Assembly: GCA_951406725.2 (NCBI GenBank)
Contig: OX597823.1
Location: forward strand, 110,794,001 to 110,858,000
Origin: Octopus vulgaris
Taxonomy: Eukaryota
Direction: 5' to 3'
Length of the DNA: 64,000 nucleotides
The translations under genes and the position numbers were made by a program. The notes under the pieces are model-generated. The model ran no database searches. It was not told the origin of the DNA and worked only from the letters and a program-made list of their open reading frames with translations. The first letter of the stretch is position 1. Every line of letters starts with the position of its first letter. Shown here piece by piece: positions 13,265-26,890 of the stretch.

Positions 13265-13890
13265 TATGACGGGCTTCTTTCAGTTTCTGTCTACCAAATC
13301 CACTCACAAGGCTTTGGTTGTCCCGAGGCTATAGTAGAAGACACTTGGCCAAAGTGCCACACAGTGGGCCTATACCCGGAACCATGTGGTTGGTACGCAA
13401 GCTACTTACCACACAACCACTCCTGTGGCAGACGATGAACAATCGGGAAGATCTGCTATGAATGTCACCCCTGGAAATGTGGTATTGTGCATTAGGAATT
13501 CTTCTCCCATTGCCAGACTGTCAATCATGAGTTCTACTGTGACATTTTGAAGTGTTTGAGGGAAGATATTTGGTGAAAGCAACTGGAAGTGTGGTGCACG
13601 AAGAATTGGTTTCTTCACTGAGCTCTCCTCAATCATGAGTTTTTCACTATAAAGAACATGGTATCACTTAGCACTTGCCGACTTCCATCTCTTCCCCAAG
13701 ATGAAAATGCAGCTCAAAGGTTGCTGTTTAACACCATTGTTGACATCCAGAGCAAATTGCAGAAGGTTCTCAACTCACTTACACAAAATTGCTGCTAGGC
13801 CAGATTCCAAAAGTGGCAAGAATGCTGGGCAAGGTGACTATTTCAAAGATGTTTTAAAACTTTGGTAAATAAGTTATTTTGTATTAAACA
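12418..13890 (+). mobile_element. Decayed mariner, interrupted by SINE A
   Basis: TIR-like TATGAGGTGGTATCAAGAAGTTCCTGGACT; IKLGKSPTKALKRLQQTYGNKAMGHTQYFKWHRCF before the SINE, and DDEQSGRS and LADFHLFPKMKMQLKG after it. Confidence 0.75.
12790..13425 (-). mobile_element. SINE family A with tandemly duplicated head module
   Basis: Head segment present twice (about 13057-13220 and 13268-13425), separated by (TA)n. Confidence 0.85.
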
Positions 13891-13942
13891 TAACTATATA
13901 TATCATCATCATTTAGCGTCCGCTTTCCATGCTAGCATGGGT

Positions 13943-13977
<35 letters not shown>

Positions 13978-13981
13978 TTAT

Positions 13982-14391
13982 ATAGGCATAGGAGTGGCTG
14001 TGTGGTAAGGAGCTTGTTTACCAACCAAATGGTTCCGGGTTCAGTCCCACTGCATGGCACCTTGGACTAGTGTCTTCTACTATAGCCTTGGGTCAACAAA
14101 AGCCTTGTGAATGGATTTGGTAGATGGAAACTGAAAGAAGCCCATCGTATATATGAATATATATATATGTGAGTGTATATGTTTGTGTGTCTGTGTTTGT
14201 CCCCCCAACATCGCTTGACAACCGATGCTGGTGTGTTTACGTCGCCGTAACTTGGTGGTTCAGCAAAACAGACCGATAGAATAAGTACTGGGCTTACAAA
14301 GAATAAGTCCTGGGGTTGATTTGCTCGACTAAAGGCGGTGCTTCAGCATGGCTACAGTCAAATGACAGAAGCAAATAAAAGAGTAAATGAG
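13982..14391 (+). mobile_element. SINE family A, full length
   Basis: GGCATAGGAGTGGCTGTGTGGTAAG...GGTTCAGTCCC head; tail GGCGGTGCTTCAGCATGGCTACAGTCAAATGAC. Confidence 0.9.
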
Positions 14392-14404
14392 TATATATAT
14401 ATAC

Positions 14405-14561
14405 ACCGTATTTGAATGGAACTATTTTTTGTCAAAACTTAGGTTAAAAAAATATTGCAGATTCCTTTACATAGATAGTATTATAATCTCTAACAAAACC
14501 TTTTTTCCAAATTTTAAGCCCCAAAAATTAGGGGTTCCTTTTACACGATAAAATATGGTAT
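14405..14561. mobile_element. Possible Tigger/pogo-like MITE remnant
   Basis: Short inverted termini ACCGTATTT / AAATATGGT in a TA context. Confidence 0.3.
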
Positions 14562-15348
14562 ATGCATATATGTATGTATAATGGAATTGTAATATTATGT
14601 TGGAAAGTAATGAGTGTTCATTGCCAGCATGGAAAGCAGATGTATGATAATGTGAATATTGATGAAGATACTGTTCATAATGATGGTGATGATGATGCCA
14701 CTGATGCTGATGTCGATAATGATGATGATAATGATGATGATCATCATCATCATTATTGTCAACAGCATACAGTAGATTCAATCTGTAGATGCTAATTTAA
14801 TAGATATTGTATTTTAGCAGACAAGAATGCATGCACATAAAATCATGTATACAGACTCACAAGCACACACATGTATGTAGAATTTCTTACCCTACTTCAA
14901 AAAATGCAGATATTAATAAATAAAATTCATTTAACAAATGTATTTAATAAAAAAATAACAACACTTTGTAACTTTTTTTTTTTTGTATTTTCTAATTGTT
15001 ATTTTCTGTTGTTATTCTTTTTGGTTTTTCCTTCAATAACGACTGAAAAATCAACAGTGGTGATGCTGGGGCCTTGTGCTTGGTACTAAATTTCAAGTGA
15101 CTTAGAAACGACACACCCCTCTCTTCTATTATTTCCTTCTATCTCCTACCCCTCCACCTTCTATCTTTCCTCCTTCAGTGGAGGATCAAAGGAATGCAAA
15201 ATTTAATTTTGATTCATATCAGAATCGATGAAGTCTGCATCGTAAATTTTCATTTTTTTTTTTTTTGAGAGCAGCAATAAATACTTTTTTTTTAAAATAA
15301 AAAGCAAAGAAAAAATCCAGCTGCCACAAAACAAACAAACAACAAAAG

Positions 15349-15367
15349 TAACAACAACAACAACAAC

Positions 15368-15456
<89 letters not shown>

Positions 15457-15475
15457 CAATAATAATAATGATGAT
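15349..15475. repeat. (CAA)n(TAA)n microsatellite
   Basis: Direct inspection. Confidence 0.95.
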
Positions 15476-15949
15476 TGTGTATATTATACTTTATTGAAAA
15501 TATTACTGTAATTTACCATTTATATCTTCCTATTAATACTCTTGAACACAGTAAAAAAATTGGATACATCTTTCAAGAGAGATGGAGAAAGAGAGAGAGA
15601 GAGACATGAAGAGAATGAAAGAGAGATAGAGAGGGTGGAGAGAAGAGGGGGAGTGAAGGAGTGAGAAAGAGTTCCTAAAGAACAAAGAAAGGAAAGAAAG
15701 AATGCGAATGCTCATTAAATTTTAACATTAAATTTTAACATCAATGAATATGTAAATGTGTGTGAGTATGTGTGTGAGTATGTGTGTGAGTATGTGTGTG
15801 TATTTTAGAAACTCTCAGTTAATCATGAACATAGTTTGGGAAAACAATTAAATAGTAAAAAAAAATGTAAATAATTCTTAGTTAAATCAATATCTAAGTA
15901 AATGGTTTGTAGCTGAAGAGCTTGTGTGTATACTTGAGTAAAATATATT

Positions 15950-16004
<55 letters not shown>

Positions 16005-16061
16005 ATAATTATATATATATGTGTGTGTGTCTATATCATTATATATATATATATATGTATG

Positions 16062-16093
<32 letters not shown>

Positions 16094-16122
16094 TATATAC
16101 ATATATATACATACACACACAT

Positions 16123-16173
<51 letters not shown>

Positions 16174-16751
16174 TAGAGAGAGAGAGAGATAGAGAGAGAG
16201 AGAGATAGATAGATAGATAGATATATAGATAGATAGATAGATATATCTACAGAAACTCTTGCAGAGTTTTCCACCTCACTTAGGCAGTTTGTATACACAC
16301 ACAGCCAAAGAGATATACATATGCATATGTAGATATTTAAGAATGTCATCAAACACACACAAGATTGTGTGTTTATGTGTATGTGTATATGAGTGTTGGG
16401 ATATATGTTGGGGTGTATAGTTGGGGTATGAGTCAGCACAGTACAATATATAATAACAATAATGATAAAGATAATAATAATAAAAATTACAACAATACCT
16501 ATGAGATATTTAGCAAACAGTGAGTAATTTATTAAAATATGAAAAAAAACCCATTAATTTTATAAGTTTGTCAGTAATAAAACTATATTTAATGAATAAA
16601 GTTTTACATTTCACTTGCACGCATGCATGTGTATATATACACATGCATGCACACTTAAACATACATATAGACATATACATGTATTTTCATATATAGGGAT
16701 AAATAGTAACACATATGGCTATATATATATATATATATATATACATATATT

Positions 16752-16797
<46 letters not shown>

Positions 16798-17378
16798 TCC
16801 ATATATATAAATATATGATCTGTGTATAATTATATATATATATATATATTTATGTATTTATATATTATTATGTATATACTGTATGTCAGTATGTATGTAT
16901 GCATGTGTTCTATTGTGTGTTGACATTTCAATGATTCAACTTGCAAAACCTCTTTAAAAATGAAATAGGAAAAGCGAAAAAAAAAGTAAAATTCTTATCC
17001 AGAACCAGTAAACTATTTTGAGATATTACAGTCCTCCCACTGAAATGTTTAATACACACGACTTCAACAACAAGAACATCAACAACAGGATGATCAGATT
17101 GTGAAGTATGTTGATGCTTCTGATGCTGGCTGCAATTATGAAAGCCATGGAGTTTGCCATGATGTAATTGATGATTGTGTAAGGGCTGTTGTTGTTGCTG
17201 TTGTTGTCTATGATAATAATAAAGATGATGGCAACAACAGCTATGACGATTATTGACGATGGTGATGATGTTGAAATTTTCTACATTATCAAAATAATGA
17301 GATTCTTGAATTATTCTGAACTGGATAATTTCTTAAAAAGTCAAATGTATATAAAAAGTCAAATATATATATATATAT

Positions 17379-17450
17379 ATAGGCATAGGAGTGGCTGTGT
17401 GGTAAGTAACTGTGTGGTAAGTAGACGGAAACTGAAAGAAGCCCGTCGTA

Positions 17451-17497
<47 letters not shown>

Positions 17498-17719
17498 GTG
17501 TATATGTTTGTGTATCTGTGTTTGTCCCCCCAACATCGCTTGACAACCGATGCTGGTGTGTTTATGTCCCCGTAACTTAGCGGTTTGGCAAAAGAGACCG
17601 ATAGAATAAGTACTAGGCTTGCAAAGAATAAGTCCTATGGTCGATTTGCTCGATTAAAAAGGCAGTGCTTCAGCATGGCCACTGTCAAATGACTGAAACA
17701 AATAAAAGAGTAAAAGAGT
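17379..17719 (+). mobile_element. SINE family A with internal head deletion
   Basis: Head jumps from a duplicated CTGTGTGGTAAGTA to GACGGAAACTGAAAG. Confidence 0.85.
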
Positions 17720-17835
17720 ATATATATATATATATATGGCTCAGCTAATCTTATAAATACCTAAATTATTAATTAGCAGATAAACACCATTTTATGCTAA
17801 AATAATTAAGTAGTGAAGACAGAGCTTTTTACAAT

Positions 17836-18146
17836 GCATGGCTTCCGTGCTGGTGGCACGTAAAAGGGCCCCATTCGAGCGGGATCATTACCAGCATCGC
17901 CTTACTGGCACCTGTGCCGGTGGCATGTGTAAAAGATTCGAGCCAGATCGTTGCCAGTACCGCCTGTGGCACATAAAAGTACCCACTTCACTCTCGGAGT
18001 GGTTGGCATTAGGAAGGGGATCTTCCTAATTCTGCCAGATCAAGATTGAAGCCTGGAGCAGCCATCCGGTTCGCCAGCCCTCAGCCAAACTGTCCAACCC
18101 ATGCTAGCAAGGAAAGCGGACGTTAGACAACGATGATGATGATGAT
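17836..18146 (+). mobile_element. Family C retroposon (RTE-associated 3' region, GAT tail)
   Basis: GTGGTTGGCATTAGGAAGGG...CCAACCCATGCTAGC...GGACGTTA...(GAT)n; multiple copies. Confidence 0.75.
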
Positions 18147-18678
18147 ATTTCAGGCAGAAAGGCCCATCCTCAGAGGTAAACCAGTCGAGAAACATAACTC
18201 TTTACAATACTGGATATGTTGTTATATGTGTACATGATTGTTGATCAACAGGGCCAGTATTGTATAGACTAACATTTCTTGACTGTTTACTTCTGATGGT
18301 GGGGGTTTGTGCTTGAAATACATAAAAGTTATTAAACTTTTTCCTTTAAACATTGTAACAAGCTCTCTGTCTTTCACTATTTTATTATTTTACTTTATCA
18401 CAATATTCAATGACAGTAATAAAACTTGTAGGAAAAAAACAAAGCACAGTTCATTTTATAAAAGGTAAGCTTTTACTACAGGTGAACATAAACCAAAGCA
18501 CAATAAGAAAAATCTTTAATTATCATTGAACTCCGAAAAATCTTCATCATCAAACTGGTCTATAGTAATGAATGTCAAAGACTAAATTAGCTTTGGGAAG
18601 CTCAACTTTGCATATAGGACCCAGGTTGATTTTTTAAAAACATATTCTTAAGGAAAAAGTGTGTTATATGCCATCAAA

Positions 18679-19235
18679 TAGGCGCAGGAGTGGCTGTGTG
18701 GTAAGTAGCTTGCTAACCAACCACATGGTTCCGGGTTCAGCCCCACTGCGTGGCATCTTGGGCAAGTGTCTTCTGCTATAGCCCCAGGCCGACCAATGCC
18801 TTGTGAGTGGATTTGGTAGACGGAAACTGAAAGAAGCCTGTCGTATATATGTATATATATATATATATATATATACATTTTAGTAGGCGCGGGCATGGCT
18901 GTGTGGTTAGGGAGCTTGCTTCCTAACTACATAGTTTCGGGTTCAGTCCCCACTGCGTGGCACTTTGGGTAGGTGTCTTCCACTATAGCCCCTAGCTGAC
19001 CGGAGCTTTGTGAGTGAATTCGGTAGGTGGAAGTTACTGCCGTGTGTGTATGTGTGCGTGTAGGTGCTTGTGCCTCTCCGAAAGAGAGAGAGAGGGTATG
19101 TGTGTTTGTTTGTGTGTCTATGTTTGTCCCCTTAGCATTGCTTGACAACCGATGCTGGTGTGTTTATGTCTCCATTACTTAGTGGTTCGGCAAAAGAGAC
19201 CGATAGAATAAGTACCAGGCTTACAAAAAGAATAA
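18679..19235 (+). mobile_element. Two SINE A copies (head-only plus near-full)
   Basis: Heads start at 18679 and 18884. Confidence 0.85.
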
Positions 19236-19440
19236 GTTTTTTCCTGTTTCTGCTTTTTATTTATTGCAATGTTTTTTTTACAAAGTGGTCATTAATCAGT
19301 GTTTGAGTAATAATTTGTTTGATGATTTGATCAATGAATTAATGGCTGGTAAGGCTTTGCAGATGACAACCTGAGAGATATATTTATTTATTCTGCGTAT
19401 ACTGGATGTCTAACTTGTGAGTTTGACATGCCTAAAATAT

Positions 19441-19838
19441 ATTTTTTTCTACTCTAGGCACAAGGCCCAGAATTTTGGGGGAGGTGTGGAGCCAGTCGAT
19501 TAGATCAACCCCAGTATGCAACTGGTACTTGGTTTATCAACCCCGAAAGGATGAAGGGCAATGTTGGCCTTGGTGGAATTTGAACTCGGAACGTAAAGAT
19601 AGACGAAATGCCTGTTTCTTTATTACCCACAAGGGGCTAAACATAGAGGGGACAAACGGATTAAGTTGATTACATCGACCCCAGTGTATAACTGGTACTT
19701 AATTTATCGACCCCGAAAGGATGAAAGGCAAAGTTGACCTCGGCAGAATTTGAACTCAGAACGTTATGGCAGACGAAATACCGATAAGCATTTCACCTGG
19801 CATGCTAGGCACGCTAACGTTTCTACCAGCTCACTGCC
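19441..19838 (-). mobile_element. Dimeric SINE B with 18-bp TSD
   Basis: TTGACATGCCT(A/G)AAATAT at 19423-19440 and 19839-19856 encloses two body units with different tails. Confidence 0.8.
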
Positions 19839-20169
19839 TTGACATGCCTGAAATATTACCTGAGGAATGGTCAGATACCAAACCTTTTGCCAGCATTGTT
19901 GGTCTGAAAATACTTTTAGGATTTAATGAGGCTTGATGAGTATTATTTTTTTCAACCTTTCTCATTGAGTTTTAATTAGCATGACCACCCAACAAACTAA
20001 TTTGTTTGTGGAACTAAATGAGACAGTCAACTTGGTAAATATTTTGATGAAATTCACGTACATCTGGGTATATTGTTTCTGATGGGAGAAACAGCTTGCC
20101 TATAAACTTTATAATGAACGAACTACTAAAGGATCAGGGTAAAATATTTCTTCTTTTGTTTGTCATAAA

Positions 20170-20459
20170 GCACCATCCGTTTGTGGCCGTTGCCAGCCTC
20201 GCCTGGCCCTTGTGCCGGTGGCACATAAAAAGCACCATCCAATCGTGGCCGTTTGCCCAACTCGTTTGGCACCTGTGCCGATGGCACGTAAAAAGCACCC
20301 ACTACACTCATGGAGTGGTTGGCGTTAGGAAGGGCATCCAGCCGTAGAAACATTGCCAGATCAGACTGGGCCTGGTGCAGCCTTCTGGCTTCTCAGACCC
20401 CAGTTGTACCGTCCAACCCATGCTAGCATGGAAAGCGGACGCTAAACGATGATGATGAT
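20170..20459 (+). mobile_element. Family C retroposon
   Basis: GTGCCGGTGGCAC subrepeats, GGCGTTAGGAAGGGCATCCAGCCGTAGAAAC, (GAT)n tail. Confidence 0.8.
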
Positions 20460-20502
20460 ATATATATATATATTTAGGCATACATGTTACTATTTACCTT
20501 TA

Positions 20503-20736
20503 GTTCTTTATTGCCCACAAGGGGCTTAACACAGAGGAGACAAACAAGAACAGACAAACGGATTAAGATGATTATATGGCCCCCAGTGCGTAACTGGCAC
20601 TTTATTTATCGACCCCGAAAGGATGAAAGGCAAAGTCAACCTCGACAGAATTTGAACTCAGAACATAATGGCTGACGAAATACCGATAAACAATAATTCG
20701 CCTGGCGTGCTAACGTTTCTGCCAGCACGCCACCTT
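20503..20736 (-). mobile_element. SINE family B
   Basis: Homology to other B copies. Confidence 0.85.
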
Positions 20737-21028
20737 CAAAAGCAAGTCAAATGTAAGTATTTGTGCTTCTCTCTCTTTCCTTCACTTTCTTTCTCTTTCT
20801 GTCACGCACATGTGAAGACATGGTCGAGAAATCAAGAAACTTGCTTTAGAAATGCAAGGTTAGTGGTTTTGTTCAGACTGTTGGTAGTTTATCAGCTGGT
20901 GATTTTATAACTATGAGAACTGATGCTTGAATTTGGCACAAATAGAAACTGAAGAAACCCTTGTGTGTGTATGTCTATCTGTCTATCTATCTATCTCTCC
21001 CCCTCTCTTTCTTTATATATATATATGC

Positions 21029-21065
<37 letters not shown>

Positions 21066-21068
21066 GTG

Positions 21069-21113
<45 letters not shown>

Positions 21114-21231
21114 TTAGGGAGTATAACTCCAAACTTACAGGGAAAATTTCAATTTAGTATTAAATCAAATTTCACAATATAAATATGTTTGAATTGCATA
21201 ATAGTGGTAATAGTGTTTTTATCTCTAATTA

Positions 21232-21290
<59 letters not shown>

Positions 21291-21294
<4 letters not shown>

Positions 21295-21766
21295 ACAATT
21301 GAGGGTAAAACTAATTAATTAATCAATTTCACCAAGTGTTCAGTATGTAAAAGGACCATTTAAGGCGAATTCAAAATATTACATTATATAATTAGGGCTT
21401 AGTAAAATAAATTACTTTGCCACATACTGAACTTAGTAGAAATAGCAGCCAAAAAAATTTTCTTAGCATTTCTACTACTTAAAAGAAAATTTCTCTCAGA
21501 TAATGTTTACTCCAGACAGCCCACGAAGGTTTGGAGGTAAATACAGAAAAATATCACAAGTACATAGATCGTTTGAGTACGTCAACGTTTCAAGATTAGC
21601 CAAATAAAACCAGCATTTCTTTCGTCAGCTCAAAATTTCTTAATTTGGATTTGGAAATACTAAAAAGAAGGAACTTTACCTATCAGCGAACTTGTCGCTT
21701 CAGATGAACCACTCCAACTAACAGTATCAACAAATTCAAAATGCGCAGGCGTAAATCTCTGCAATT
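21291..21766 (-). mobile_element. Hammerhead-bearing non-coding element (family K), TA-flanked
   Basis: Homologous to 29210-29964 but with different end points; (TA)n on both sides. Confidence 0.75.
21572..21634 (-). ncRNA. Type I hammerhead ribozyme
   Basis: tttgag-CUGACGA-aaga[22 nt]tctt-GAAA-cg-ttga-cg-UA-ctcaaa: full core with stems I, II and III and a GUA cleavage triplet. Confidence 0.75.
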
Positions 21767-21767
21767 T

Positions 21768-21798
<31 letters not shown>

Positions 21799-22109
21799 GT
21801 ATGTATATGTATATACAAACATACATATATGTGTATATATATATATGTATATATACTTTTATATGTGTACATATGTACACACACACACGTAGGTGCAGGC
21901 ATGGCTGTGTGCTAAGAAGCTAGCTTCTCAACCGCATTGTTTGAGGTTCAGTCCCATGTCACATTGAACAAGTGTCTCCAACTATAGCACCAGCTATAGG
22001 AGACAGTTGTCCAAGGTGAATGGATTCAGTAAATGGTAACTGAAAGTAACCCATCGACTCCAGTATGGCCGTAGGCAAATGACTAAAAAAAATATAAGAA
22101 TGAAAGTAA

Positions 22110-22199
<90 letters not shown>

Positions 22200-22201
<2 letters not shown>

Positions 22202-22440
22202 GTATTATGCAAAAGTGTTGTAAGTTCAAAATGTTGCTTTTTCAGAAAATGTAAAAATAGTTTCACCATTCCATGGCAAACTGTTGTAATACACTTTGAC
22301 AATTTTTGATATTTTGGCATCTGAAGCAGCTGGAAATATGATAGTTTGCTGAAAAGAACCGGGTACTGCAAGCAAAAATAAATATTGAAAGAACGCATTT
22401 GGACAAATTTGGACATATGACAGTTTAACATAATAGTAAT
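22200..22440. repeat. Unclassified interspersed repeat
   Basis: Clear homolog at about 50600-50828 (AAAAATAGTTTCACCATTCCA...CAGTTTAACATAAT). Confidence 0.7.
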
Positions 22441-22451
22441 GGCATACACAA

Positions 22452-22482
<31 letters not shown>

Positions 22483-22526
22483 CTTATATGAATATATATA
22501 TACATATGTAAATATGTGCATGTATG

Positions 22527-22563
<37 letters not shown>

Positions 22564-22751
22564 CATATGTAAATATGTGCATGTATATATATGTAATATT
22601 TTGTGTCTGTGTGAGTTTGTTTCTCCTCTTGTCTTAAGATGCATTCACAGATTCTAAACAAATGCCTTGCCATTTATACAGCTGTTGTCATTTTCATGTA
22701 GTCCACCTTGATAATATGTCCATGTTTTTTGACGTGTCTTGACATGACATA

Positions 22752-23146
22752 CTCTTTACTCTTTTACTCTTTTACTTGTTTCAGTCATTTGACTGCGGTC
22801 ATGCTGGAGCACTGCCTTTAGTCGAGCAAATCGACCCTGGGACTTAATCTTTTGTAAGCCCAGTACTTATTCTATCGGTCTCTTTTGCCGAACCACTAAG
22901 TGACAGGGACGTAAACACACCAGCATCGACTTTCAAGCAATGCTAGGGGGACAAACACAGACATATATATACATATACATATATACGACAGGCTTGTTTC
23001 AGTTTCCGTCTACCAAATCCACTCACAAGGCATTGGTCGGCCCGGGGCTATAGCAGAAGACACTTGCCCAAGATGCAACACAGTGGGACTGAACCCGGAA
23101 CCATGTGGTTGGTTAGCAAGCTACTTACCACACAGCTACTCCTGCA
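22752..23146 (-). mobile_element. SINE family A, full length
   Basis: Homology to other A copies; (GAGTAAAA)n tail. Confidence 0.9.
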
Positions 23147-23424
23147 TGTTGCATGATGTTTACAAATGAGAGGCTCTGCTGTGTTGTTTGTTTCCATGTC
23201 TCTGCATAGGTATGTCTTGGTTGTTTATTGTTTGCTACACTGAGGAACTACAACCATGTTTGGTAACAGGTGGGGATTGGTAGCAGGAAGAAAAGGGATT
23301 GAAGTGTAGAAGATTCTTTCCCAGCATAGCCTCACCTGACCCATGCAAGCATGGGATAGGTTCACATAAAAACAAGGATGACGATAATGAGGCCAGTATG
23401 GATGTTAGTATGTATGTGTGCATA

Positions 23425-23670
23425 TCATCACCACCACCACCACAACCACCACCACCATCACCACCACCAAAACCACCACCACCATCATCATCATCACCAC
23501 CACCATCATCACCACACCACCATCACCACCACCACCACCACCACCACCATCACCATCATCACCACTACCACCACCTCCTCCACCACCACCACCACCACCA
23601 TCACCACCACCACCACCACCACCACCACCACCACCACCACCACCACCACCACCACCATCATCATCATCAC
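23425..23670. repeat. (CAC/CAT)n microsatellite
   Basis: Source of the spurious poly-H/P/T ORFs. Confidence 0.95.
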
Positions 23671-24844
23671 TTTATGTCTGCTCTCCAGGTCACCACAGTT
23701 GTTGTCAGTGCATATATATGTAGTTGCCTATACATAGCATTGCATTTATGCATCTGCAGGTGGTAACGAATACACTAGCACAGAGGCATTGGACAGCGTT
23801 AAAATTACATTATTCAGTAATGAATGAATTTTGGGAAAAAAACTATTTTGTAAATGACATTGTATCTGTGTATTTTCACTCAATGAACAATATTCGCAGA
23901 TTTGGCCTGGCGGATTCTAACAGAGATCATCTGGGTTTTTAATTCTTGAAGTGCTGATTGAAAGCTTACCATGTGCAATGAGAGTATCTGCTGCATTCTT
24001 CCAAATGACTGTCAATCATTATTCTTGAGATTTATTGATGGTTAAGCAATACTAAGTCTGACATGAAATTGAAACCTTTTTATATTCAAATAGTAAGTCT
24101 CTTGACTTTAGAGGTATTTTGTAAACGAAACAATTGACTCTAAAAGACATTTTGAACATCAATGTGACCTTCATTATCATCCTACAGTATTTCCAAGAGA
24201 TGGTTAGACTAAATGTAATAGGATATTCATGTAGGATGTTGGAACATGCATATTAAACCAGGATGTTGACATTCGTCAATGATGGATGGAACCATTACCT
24301 CAATCACATCACACTCACCCACCAAAAGATAAAACTGCATAGGTATGTTTGAGGATAAATTAAAAGAACATTATTTTAACCCTATTGTATCTTTCATACG
24401 TATTGATAAATGAATTTCAAATGTAGTAGCCAATCATATTTAGGCACAAGCCACAACACCAAATGGGGCCAAAAAATGTTGGGCTTGCACAACAGAAATA
24501 AATTGTAAAACTCTGCAAATTTTTTAAACTATTGATTAGATTTCTTCACAAGATGCCTCCATTTTAGTAAGTTTATGATCAGTCAGTGGAAAAACCAACT
24601 ACGTCAGACTAATCTGTAGCCTTCTAAACATTCAAATCCTTCTGCATAAACTAGGAACCAAACCATTCTCACCTTTGCACTAACATACCCTGACTCATCA
24701 CACTACTTTCATAAACAATTACAATCTGCAGATAACAATTACTGGTGTATTGAAACACACACTACAAACACATTTGTTATCAATCATGTATACTGACTCT
24801 GTATACTACTTAAACTATGTCAATTTTCATAAACTAAACAAGGG

Positions 24845-25582
24845 ACCAGGAATTGTGGTGATTTGCTGTACTTGACAAGAAATGTCAAGCTAAGTAAAAT
24901 CGCTACCATCCATACATACAGGCTTCTCATTTACAGGTGGCAGTGCCACATAAGATGCATTTGTGCTGGTGTTGCATAGGCATGCTCATTCCATAGTTTG
25001 TTTACTCTATTTGCATGCATATTCTTTTGGTGTGTGAGTGTGTATATAATTCTCTCATTGTGTACTTATATTTATATATTACTGATCGCACAAGTCAAAA
25101 TTGCTGACGTGGCTAATGACAGTACCACCTGATTGGTCCTCATGCCAGTGGAAAGTTAAAAGCACATCTGAGCATGATCGTTGCCAGGGACATGGATTGG
25201 TTCATGTGCTGGTGGTGCATGAAAAGCACCATTTGAGCATGATCATTGCCAGCATCACCTTACCAGCACATGTGCTGGTGGTACATGAAAAACAACATTT
25301 GAGCATGTTCGTTGCCCATGCCACTGGACTGGCTCCTGTGCAGGTAGCATGTAAAAAACACCTTTGAATGTGGTTGTTGCCAGAACCACCTGACTGGCCC
25401 TCATGCCGGTGTCACATAAAAGCACCCACTACACTCTTAGAGTGGTTGGCGTTAGGAAGAGCATCCAGCTGTAGAAACTTTGCCAGATCAGATTGAGCCT
25501 GGTGCAGCCTCTGGCTCACCAGTCCTCACTCAAGCCATCCAACCCATGCCAGCATGGAAAGTGGATGTTAAATGAAGATGAT
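24845..25582 (+). mobile_element. Degenerate RTE 3' end plus family C region with tandem subrepeats
   Basis: TTTGCTGTACTTGA...AAGCTAAGTAA matches the RTE stop region of the 4823 arm; subrepeats and C-type tail follow. Confidence 0.6.
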
Positions 25583-26599
25583 CAAAATATTCATTAGTTT
25601 AAAATTTGGGTTCAAAGCCAACTTTCCACTGCCACATAAATTTAATGACTAATGAGTGACAAGTGACATCTTCACCGATTATAAAAGAATGTAATCACTC
25701 CTTTATTTACCCCTTCAGTCACAGATAAAATAGTAAAACTAGTTTTTTAATTTAATTTTTTATCTACACCAAAATACAAGTAAATAACACATAATGAGTA
25801 AATTTTTGAAGAACTCAGTATTCAATATCCTTAATATTTGGAATGGATAGATAAAAAATTTGCTAAGACTAGGTAAAAAAATACCAATTTACCTCCACCT
25901 GTGAGATTTAGAAGAAGATGCAGCCATCCTTTATAACTTGTGGGAAATCAATAAGTCAAAATCACGTATGCATTTCAGAGGTGCCCAAAATGTTGGTAAC
26001 TGTGACTCAATTATAACTTATATTTCTTTTGTAATTTATGCTAAAAAATTGTCCTATGCTTGGACAAAGTGACTGAAGGGTCAAGCAGAGACAAAGATTG
26101 ACTCTGCAGCACCAGACAGCAGCAACAGCACATACAAAAATGATAAGCAGTATTCTACTGTTTCCTAAAGAAAATACAGATTTTATCATATCTTTCTATA
26201 AATAATTAAGAAAAACAATATCTTCAATAATTCCCAAATTGAGGAAAAGATTTTCATCCTAGCTATCTGAAATATCATTCACACTTCATGTTCCCTGCTT
26301 CAAATGTACTCCATCTTGAGATAATGTCATGCACAATCCATACCTTTCATTATATATAAAAAAAAAATTCATTCAAAGATTTCATAAATAGGTGCAGGAG
26401 TGGCTGTGTGGTAAGAAGCTTGCTTCCCAACCACATGATTCCAAGTTCAGTCCCACTGTGTGGCACTTTAGGCAAGTGTCTTCTATTAAAGCCCTGATCT
26501 GACTAAAGACTTGTGAGTGGATTTGGTAGATGGAAACTGAAAAAAGCCCATCATATATATATATATATATACACACACATATATATATACAAATATATA

Positions 26600-26890
26600 C
26601 ATATCATTATTGTTTTTTTGTATTAATTTTGTATTTATATCTGTGTAACATCGTCTGTTTTGCCGTCCTTGTTTCGTATACATGTGATGCTTTTTTGCAA
26701 GGAATCTAATGCTCATAGCTTAGTTTTTCCTTGGGGCTGGCCAGATTGGAGCAATCTCAAGATTAATCAGCCGAAATTGTGAGGATGATCCGGTTCTTGA
26801 CTGAAGATTAAAGGCTTCGAATGACCCATCCGTGTTTTTTGTATCATCTATCTGGATGTTTTGCGTTCTTGTCCCCTTTTGTATTTTTTT
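26600..26890 (+). mobile_element. Family F element (permuted-hammerhead family)
   Basis: Homologous to the reverse complement of about 59220-59480; inserted in the TA tract of a SINE A. Confidence 0.75.
26751..26816 (+). ncRNA. Candidate non-circularly permuted hammerhead ribozyme
   Basis: gcaaUC-tcaaga / agcc-GAAA-ttgt / tcttga-CUGAAGA-ttaaa-ggct. Confidence 0.5.

Noticed and set aside
23299-23766. Poly-His/Pro/Thr ORFs; likewise poly-F/S/L at 42897-43572 and poly-N/I at 47487-48207
   Set aside because: Trinucleotide repeats open in several frames; no splice or domain evidence.
25893-26164. Possible minus-strand exon (TTTTCTTTAG acceptor, GAG|GTAAAT donor)
   Set aside because: Stops in the frames examined, and such signals are common by chance in AT-rich DNA.
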